Positions 26,564 through 32,419 of a DNA stretch of 32,419 bases are shown in pieces. The first letter of the stretch is position 1, and the number at the start of each line of letters is the position of its first letter. The notes under the pieces were generated by a model, which saw only the letters and a list, made by a program, of their open reading frames with translations, was not told the origin of the DNA and did not search any database. The translations under genes were made by a program, and so were the position numbers. The DNA comes from a virus (taxonomy: Duplodnaviria > Caudoviricetes), in IMG/VR virus record IMGVR_UViG_3300046063_000091, positions 1 to 32,419 of that record; one strand, written 5' to 3'.

Positions 26564-28714
26564 TCACGCGAACTCTGCTGCTCCACCGCGCCGCTTGCGG
26601 CGCTTCCTCTTGATAGGCACCTCGCGGCACGGCTCCATGTACTCCAGGGCCAGCCACACCGCCCCGGCGGTGCTGATCACGCGGTCGTCGTGCTGGCCCT
26701 CCACAGCGCCGTAGCTGCCGCGCTCCTTGCGCTCCAGGTAGTCGAACTCATCGCAGGCCCGCGCGTCGCGTTCGATGTACTCCTCATCGCGCATCGCGCC
26801 CTTGTGCGCGTTGAGCATGAGCATCTTCGACTGCTGGTTGGTGTGGAAGCCCAGCTTCCTTCGCGCGTCGGCGTCCTTGTCGGGGTCGGTGCGGTAAAAG
26901 AGGTTGTCGTAGTAGTCCCGGATCGCGTGCAGGACGGTGTAGCTGTGATCCGAGTCGAAGCCGCGCGTCTCGTCGCCGTGGTCTCTGCGCAAGCTGTTGA
27001 CCTCCACCGCCAGAAGCGCGTCGTCATACCATCGCGCCAGGCGCGCGGCTTCCCACGCGAAGAGGTCCTGGTCGAGGTGCCCATGCCACACGGCCACCGT
27101 CTCGGGCACGCCATGCCAGATCATCGGCAGCCGGTCGATCACCTTGACGGTCGAATAGTCCGCCTGGTCGGTCGTCCCGCCGACGTCGGCAAACGCCGCA
27201 TAGCGGCGGGGATAGCGGTAGCCCTCGCGCTCCAGGTCGCCGTCGCTCTCGCCGGGGCGCTGCCACACCTGCAAAAAGCCCCGCGCGCCGGGGATGAACT
27301 CGATGCCGGTGAGCGCGTCTTCGCCCTTCTCCCCGTCTGCCACCAGGTTGCCGATCTCTGCCGGCGGACAGGTGTGCTTGCGGGCCTTTTTGACGTAGGG
27401 CTTCGGGTAAAAGCGGCTGCCGGAGCTCTGGAAGGCCTCGTCGGGCGTCGAGGGGTACTCGCTCTTCCGGCGCCACTCCTCGTCCATGCCCGGCTCCTGC
27501 TGGCGACGCCGGTACCACTCGATCTGCTGGAGGCTGGCGCCCTCGTGCCACAGCACGCCCCACTCGTACTCGTCCAGGGTGTCCAGATAGCGCTCGGGCG
27601 TGGTCGGGAGTTCGGCCTGGTTCTCTTCGTTGTCGAACCAGGCGACGAAGAAGGGCTCGTAGCCGCCCGCATCATCGGGGTCCTCGGCTGGTGCTCCTTC
27701 CGCTGGACGGAAGCTTTCCTCTGGGCCGAAGCCGCCCGCGGCGCCGTCGGAGCCCCCGGCCCTCTCCTTCTCGAGCTCGCCGTTGGCTTTCTGCCACATG
27801 CGGTGGAAGAAGTTGCCCACGCCCTTCGCCGTCGATTCGATGACGCAGAAGGTGTAGGGCGCGTCCACCAGGGCGCCGGACAGGCTCTGCGCGAAGCTCT
27901 CGGCGTTGACCTGGGCGGCACTCTTCCAGAGGCCCACCTCGCTGAGGTGAAGCATCTGGTAGGTGTAGGAGCGCACCGCGTCGGGGCGCTCCACGCTGCC
28001 CACGCCCATGATGCACTCGCGCTCCTCGACGTAGCGCGTGTTCTGGGAGCCCTCGTAGGGGCGGTGCGTGACCGCGCCCACGTCGGCGGGGTACTTGTCC
28101 GCCGCCAGCGTGTACATGCCGCGGATGCGCTTCGCGGCCCCCTTGTCCTGCGCGCAGACGAAGCTGTTCCAGTGCTTCTTGTGGCGCTGCTGTATCCACA
28201 TCATGTACAGCTGCATGGCCGTCGAGCCGCCCCACTGCCTCGCTTTCAGGAGCACCAGGCGGATCGGCTCCCCCGCCAGGCGCTGGCGCTCAAACGAGCG
28301 CACGAGCTCGCGCTGCGGGCGCCGCAGGATGAAGGGCTGATGTCCCTCCGTCTTCGTCTCGATCTGAATGCAGACGGCCGCCCAGAACGAAAAGTCGTGA
28401 TCGTAGCGCAGCTCCTTGAGCGCCGCCTTCGCCTCACGGAAGGAGATCCCCACGTCCTCGGCCATCGCGGCGAGGCTGCCGGCCTCCAGCGCCGCCTCCA
28501 CGACCGCCTCGCCGCGCATGGTGTCGGGCAGGAGCCAGGCCCGGGTCTCCTCGTCGAGGTCGAGTGCGAAGCGCTGGAAGGGCTCCTCCTCTCGCTCCAG
28601 CTGAGGGTCGCCAATGGCGCCGCGCCCGCTGATGGGGTCGAACCCACGATTCAGGCGGCGCTGCCTGCGCTGGTTCTCTTTGAGGATCTGCTCTTTGTCC
28701 TGCTCGATCTCCAT
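26564..28714 (-). CDS. terL: Terminase large subunit
   Basis: 716 aa; Walker A LKARQWGGST, Walker B LHLSE, coupling motif ESTA.G, nuclease motifs FADVGG, AVEVN and HDDRV. Confidence 0.95.
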   Translation of the reverse strand: MEIEQDKEQILKENQRRQRRLNRGFDPISGRGAIGDPQLEREEEPFQRFALDLDEETRAWLLPDTMRGEAVVEAALEAGSLAAMAEDVGISFREAKAALKELRYDHDFSFWAAVCIQIETKTEGHQPFILRRPQRELVRSFERQRLAGEPIRLVLLKARQWGGSTAMQLYMMWIQQRHKKHWNSFVCAQDKGAAKRIRGMYTLAADKYPADVGAVTHRPYEGSQNTRYVEERECIMGVGSVERPDAVRSYTYQMLHLSEVGLWKSAAQVNAESFAQSLSGALVDAPYTFCVIESTAKGVGNFFHRMWQKANGELEKERAGGSDGAAGGFGPEESFRPAEGAPAEDPDDAGGYEPFFVAWFDNEENQAELPTTPERYLDTLDEYEWGVLWHEGASLQQIEWYRRRQQEPGMDEEWRRKSEYPSTPDEAFQSSGSRFYPKPYVKKARKHTCPPAEIGNLVADGEKGEDALTGIEFIPGARGFLQVWQRPGESDGDLEREGYRYPRRYAAFADVGGTTDQADYSTVKVIDRLPMIWHGVPETVAVWHGHLDQDLFAWEAARLARWYDDALLAVEVNSLRRDHGDETRGFDSDHSYTVLHAIRDYYDNLFYRTDPDKDADARRKLGFHTNQQSKMLMLNAHKGAMRDEEYIERDARACDEFDYLERKERGSYGAVEGQHDDRVISTAGAVWLALEYMEPCREVPIKRKRRKRRGGAAEFA

Positions 28715-28965
28715 GCCCTGCCTTTTGACACCCTGTCAGCGCGCGGGTCGTAGATGAGCTCTTCCCCGGGCTGGGCGTTGATGACGGCCAGCTCCTCGCC
28801 CGGCGCGCTGGCGACGACGGTGAGGACGCGCCCGGCACGGCCGTAGGCGCGCTCCTCCAGCCACGCGGGGAGCGCTCCCCGGCTCTCGCCGGGGCGCCGG
28901 AGGGGGCTCCTGTTGGTCCATCGGCAGCCGGGCGGCTGCGGGCCGCCTCCCGGGCTCCAGCTCAT
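28651..28965 (-). CDS. Hypothetical protein
   Basis: ATGA overlap with the upstream gene supports the start; the 64-nt overlap with terL weakens the call. Confidence 0.4.
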   Translation of the reverse strand: MSWSPGGGPQPPGCRWTNRSPLRRPGESRGALPAWLEERAYGRAGRVLTVVASAPGEELAVINAQPGEELIYDPRADRVSKGRAWRSSRTKSRSSKRTSAGSAA

Positions 28966-29483
28966 GGGGCCTCGCTCGGATAGTCCTCATTCTCGTAAGC
29001 CAGAAACGCGGCTTCGACCGCCACCCTTGCCAGCACGTACACGATCAGCAGGCCCAGCGTGGCCCCCAGCGCCACCGCTCTCGGGAGGCGGCCCCACACC
29101 GCTTGGAGCGCCCCCACCAGCGCCACCAGGAGCGCGTTGTAGGCGAGGGCCTTGCTTCGCCAGCGCGGCTCGTCAGGGCCGATGCCGGCGAAGACGAGAG
29201 CGCGCGCAGCTCTCCCGAGGCCGCCCAGCAGGTGGCCGCTTACGCTGCGCAGCCCGACCCACGCGATGCGCGGCAGGTACGTCACGCTGCGCCACCAGCG
29301 CCCCACAGCACCCGCGCGAGAGCCTGCGACGAGCAGTACGGCCAGCCTTACGCGCTCCCACAGCGAGAAGCTCTTCGCCTCCCGGAAAGCGTGCTCCATC
29401 CACACCTCCGAATGGTTGCGCAGGTAGCGCTTCGCCAGGCGCTTCTCCTTGCTGTGCAGGTGCTTTCTGTGGCTGCTGCTCAT
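28962..29483 (-). CDS. Hypothetical membrane protein
   Basis: 173 aa; GAGGAG 7 nt upstream of ATG; basic amphipathic N-half and two C-terminal hydrophobic helices. Confidence 0.6.
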   Translation of the reverse strand: MSSSHRKHLHSKEKRLAKRYLRNHSEVWMEHAFREAKSFSLWERVRLAVLLVAGSRAGAVGRWWRSVTYLPRIAWVGLRSVSGHLLGGLGRAARALVFAGIGPDEPRWRSKALAYNALLVALVGALQAVWGRLPRAVALGATLGLLIVYVLARVAVEAAFLAYENEDYPSEAP

Positions 29484-29510
29484 CGTATATGCTCCTCACA
29501 TGCCAGTATC

Positions 29511-30161
29511 CTACGTGTGGTAGTGCGTTTCGACCTTCTGCTGCACCAGCTCCAAGGCCTGCTCGGAGGCCGAGGAGGCGCCGCCGGCTTCCTGCTCGGC
29601 CCCGCCGGTCAGTTCGAGGATCTTTGCGAGGGCCTTCAGGGCGCGCTGGGGGTCTGCCAGTCGGACGTCGAGGGTCGTCTCAGAGGTGCCGTCCTCCTTC
29701 GTGGTGGTGCGCTGCGTCAGGTCGCGCACCTGGCCGAGGGCCGCCCGCCCGGAGGCTTTTTCCAAGTCGAGCTGCGCGCACCCCTCCTCGTCGATAGAGA
29801 CGAAGTCGGCCGCTGAGGTGCGCGCCAGGTTCGAGAGGCGCGCGATCACCTCCGCCGCGTCCATCATCACCTCGTCCATCACCGCGCGCAGGTACGCGCG
29901 AACCTTAGGTTTTCTTAGGGTGCGGCTGGCCTGCACGGCCGCAGCGTTGTCGGTGGAAAAGTCGTAGACACGCCGCGCCGCTTCCGTTTGGTTGAGCGTC
30001 TCGCAGTAGGTGTCCACCAGGGCCTTCTGCTTGGCCGTCAGCTCGGCGGCGAGCGCCTCGATATCCGGCGCGCCCTCCGGCCTGTCCCCACGCGCCGTTC
30101 TGTGCGCGGGCGCTTGGGCGGTCTGCTTAGGTTGAAGGCCGGCAGCGGAGGGCGTGCTCAT
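29511..30161 (-). CDS. terS: Terminase small subunit
   Basis: LTAKQKALVDTY..NQTEAARRVY..AAVQASRTLRKPKVRAYL HTH signature; first gene of the late operon. Confidence 0.9.
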   Translation of the reverse strand: MSTPSAAGLQPKQTAQAPAHRTARGDRPEGAPDIEALAAELTAKQKALVDTYCETLNQTEAARRVYDFSTDNAAAVQASRTLRKPKVRAYLRAVMDEVMMDAAEVIARLSNLARTSAADFVSIDEEGCAQLDLEKASGRAALGQVRDLTQRTTTKEDGTSETTLDVRLADPQRALKALAKILELTGGAEQEAGGASSASEQALELVQQKVETHYHT

Positions 30162-30507
30162 GCCTCACAATATGTGCCACGCGCACGCCCCACTGCGTAG
30201 CGCCGTCCTGACGCCAGCGTAAGCCACACCGTGAGGACGCCGACGCCGGCAGTGCTACCTTCCCCCTATCGCACACGCACGCCATGCGCTGTGCCTTTGC
30301 CACGCCCCGCCTGCGCTCCCCGAGCCGAAAGGCTCCTGGATGCGGGCGGGGCGTCTTTACGGGAGGCGCGTGTGAAGTAACCGTTAAACCCTACGCTTTT
30401 CCCGCACGTTTGGAAACCAAAAGGTTTACAGCGCATGTAAGGGCAGCGACAAGGCGGGGAACACATCCCGCCACGCTGATACACCCGACCAACTCCACAC
30501 CAGGACA
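30162..30507. promoter_or_regulatory. Divergent intergenic control region
   Basis: Separates terS (-) from 30508 (+); AT-rich core at 30375-30440 with palindromes tttgg-aaa-ccaaa (30409-30421) and ttaca-gcgca-tgtaa (30426-30440). No clear -35/-10 pair identified. Confidence 0.55.
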
Positions 30508-30816
30508 ATGGAAGACACCAGCCAAGAAGCCCGCTACGACTACACCAGCCCGCTCTCGCTTCTCGACGCGAAGCCTTCGGAAGGCGACACCTTCGAGGCC
30601 CCGCGCAAGCGTCTCTTCACCGAGCAAGGCGAAGACACGCTCACCGTCGTGGACGTCGAAGAGAAGCACATCGCAAACGGCAGCGGTTACCGCGGCAATG
30701 GCATCGTGGCAGCAGAGCCCGCAGACGACACGCGCACCAAGTACGTCGTCACCCTTGAAGACCCGGACGGCGCGCGCTTTGAGAAAGAGGAGTGGAAAAG
30801 CAACTTGAACTGGTAG
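30508..30816 (+). CDS. Hypothetical acidic protein
   Basis: 102 aa; AGGA just before ATG; GC3-rich codons; followed by a terminator. Confidence 0.75.
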   Translation: MEDTSQEARYDYTSPLSLLDAKPSEGDTFEAPRKRLFTEQGEDTLTVVDVEEKHIANGSGYRGNGIVAAEPADDTRTKYVVTLEDPDGARFEKEEWKSNLNW

Positions 30817-30895
30817 CGCCGCCTTCGTTGCGGCGATACACCCGGCGGTTTCGGTAATCGCCCGATGGCTCCGCACAAGCGGAGATACTGCACAC

Positions 30896-30938
30896 AGAAA
30901 AGGCCGCCCGGCTGGACCCCGAGGCGGCCTTTTCTTTC
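30896..30938 (+). terminator. Intrinsic terminator (possibly bidirectional)
   Basis: agaaaaggccgcc (30896-30908) pairs with ggcggccttttct (30923-30935), with T-rich tail and A-rich lead. Confidence 0.75.
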
Positions 30939-30971
30939 GCTGATACGCCTTCCTCACACCCTCCCGCCTCC

Positions 30972-31253
30972 ATGAGTTCCCGCGTCACCTATGTCACCGC
31001 AGACGAGTTGCGCAACATGGCCGCCCGCGCGGTCACCAAAAGCGAACTTTCGCTCCGCGCCGTCGGCGAGGAGTGCCAGATGAGCCACACGAGCGTGGCC
31101 AAGGCGATAGGGCGTGGCGCCGACCCGCCTCCCGCCTCGAAATACTCGGCGACATGCAGCTACATCTTGGAGCGCCTCTCAGAGCGTGTTATCGCCGTTG
31201 AGCCACGCTGGGGCGTCCATGCTCGCGAGAAATGCACGCCTCCCACACCGTGA
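30972..31253 (+). CDS. Putative Cro/XRE-like HTH regulator
   Basis: 93 aa; LSLRAVGEECQMSHTSVAKAI fits a helix-turn-helix pattern. Confidence 0.6.
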   Translation: MSSRVTYVTADELRNMAARAVTKSELSLRAVGEECQMSHTSVAKAIGRGADPPPASKYSATCSYILERLSERVIAVEPRWGVHAREKCTPPTP

Positions 31254-31319
31254 ATGTGAGGTTGCTCTCGTGTAGCTACGCCGAAAGCACTGTGCCCAGG
31301 CCCGGCGCTTTCGGCGTAG

Positions 31320-31637
31320 CTATCCCTGCTGCTGCCACGCCCGCCGCACCCGCTCCCAGCTCGCGCGGTCGCAGTCCATCCCGAGCGGCAGGCGCTCCTT
31401 GCCCTCCTCCCGCGCCCAGTCGTCGCGCTCAAAGGCGCGCTCGACGTCGCGCCGTATCGTCTTGCGCGCCCAACTGGAGAGCTGCGGCCACGCTTCCGCC
31501 AATGCATCGCAGTGCAGCGCGACGGCGTAGGTCTTGCGCCCAAGCATGTAGCGCGTGGCGGAGACCAGAAGGTCTTCCACGTCGAAGCCGAGCGCTTCAG
31601 CCGGCGGGTCGGTGCGTCCGCTAATGGAGGTGCTCAT
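31320..31637 (-). CDS. Hypothetical phage protein
   Basis: 105 aa; SATRYMLGRKTYAV motif recalls small phage proteins of unknown function. Confidence 0.6.
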   Translation of the reverse strand: MSTSISGRTDPPAEALGFDVEDLLVSATRYMLGRKTYAVALHCDALAEAWPQLSSWARKTIRRDVERAFERDDWAREEGKERLPLGMDCDRASWERVRRAWQQQG

Positions 31638-31697
31638 TGTTCGGCGGCTTTTTGCTTGCGTCGTTGTCGCTGTCGTCTGTTGGAAAATGGAGGGGGG

Positions 31698-32138
31698 TCA
31701 TTCTCCAAAAAGTGAGTGCTGACTTTCCGCCGGCGGGCCAGCCAAGTGCACCACGTCGAGGTTGCTCGGCTCGGAGAGGCGCGCGGCCAGTTCGCTCCGG
31801 TGGCACTGACGGTAGTCCTTGCATCCGCACATCAGAATGATGGTCTCTGGCGAGAAGCCGCACTCCTGAGGCACACGTTTGAGCCGGCGGCGTCCAGCCT
31901 CGAAGTCAGCAATTTCGGTCAGGCCAGGCGGGATGTTTCTGTAGTTTTCGTTTCCGAAAGCTGGGAAGTGCAGGTAGTACCCCTCCAGCTCGCAAGAAAG
32001 GCTTTTCTTCGAGAAGCCGGGCTTTGAAGAGCGCGCCTGAAGGCGCACGTCCACGACGACCGCACCGAGCATTTTTGCTGTCTCGCGCACTTCGTCGAGC
32101 GTCCAGGTGGCGTAGCCGAGCGTGTATAGGGTGTCCAT
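31698..32138 (-). CDS. DUF488 family protein
   Basis: LYTLGY, VVDVR..S.KPGFSK, Y.H...GN, LMC......CHR signature. Confidence 0.85.
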   Translation of the reverse strand: MDTLYTLGYATWTLDEVRETAKMLGAVVVDVRLQARSSKPGFSKKSLSCELEGYYLHFPAFGNENYRNIPPGLTEIADFEAGRRRLKRVPQECGFSPETIILMCGCKDYRQCHRSELAARLSEPSNLDVVHLAGPPAESQHSLFGE

Positions 32139-32206
32139 GATCCGTCTTTGCTTTCAGTTTTTTCTTCAAACAGGCATGGGAGAGCGGTGTAGGTGGGAGA
32201 GGGCGT

Positions 32207-32419
32207 TCACGCAGCCACGGCGTCCTCGCTGGCGGCGGGCTGCGTCGGAATGTCCAGCTCGATGCCCTGCGCGAAGTCTTCGAGGCACATCCGCGTCCGG
32301 CCCGGTTTGCGTTTGACGTAGCGCTGCCGCTCGATCAGGCGGTCGGCCATGTCGTCGAGCAGCTCTTCCCCGCGCTGGAAGTGGTGCGACACGTCCGAGC
32401 CAGTACGTGAGAGGTAGCT
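32207..32419 (-). CDS. Hypothetical protein, 3' part (runs off the window edge)
   Basis: Frame is open from 32419 to the TGA at 32207. Confidence 0.5.
   Translation of the reverse strand, partial: SYLSRTGSDVSHHFQRGEELLDDMADRLIERQRYVKRKPGRTRMCLEDFAQGIELDIPTQPAASEDAVAA

Larger units (their letters stand above)
1..32419. mobile_element. Tailed phage / prophage segment (packaging, head, tail, lysis, ejection modules; podovirus-like)
   Basis: Co-oriented terS-terL-portal-scaffold-capsid-adaptor-tail-lysis-ejection gene order on the minus strand. No host housekeeping genes, integrase or att site in the window, so prophage vs free phage cannot be decided. Confidence 0.95.

Noticed and set aside
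115-28753. Many long plus-strand ORFs (e.g. 115..2223, 14878..16263, 23808..25571, 26690..28753)
   Set aside because: Antisense shadows of GC-rich minus-strand genes; Arg/Leu/Val/Gly-rich with no recognisable motifs.
30869-30884. ccgcacaagcgg resembles a conserved 16S rRNA stretch
   Set aside because: Only about 12 nt with no flanking rRNA similarity; chance match.

Overview
The whole window is part of a GC-rich tailed-phage (or prophage) genome with an acidic proteome. A minus-strand late operon (~30161 to 1) runs: small terminase, membrane protein, large terminase, portal, scaffold, major capsid, head-tail adaptors, a large tail protein, a lysis cassette, two ejection-type proteins and a 2857-aa polyvalent protein (zincin-like, JAB/RadC and LPD38-like domains). 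Gene order and the lack of a tape measure or sheath suggest a podovirus. The motifs resemble Bacteroidota-type phages, and the acidic, GC-rich character suggests a Rhodothermota/Salinibacter-like host (inference only). A few small accessory genes (HTH, DUF488) lie at the right end. Main oddities: (1) an adaptor gene split by a 2.2-kb lower-GC cassette encoding an Ig + tail-domain + serine hydrolase protein, one base out of frame with the adaptor N-half, while the adaptor C-terminal helices survive as their own ORF; (2) a portal gene broken by a 59-nt duplication with a G16 run; (3) a candidate single-chain spanin with a beta-strand C-terminus; (4) a capsid protein with a membrane-type leader; (5) recurrent 15-bp tandem duplications. 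All family assignments are from motif recognition by eye; no searches were run.
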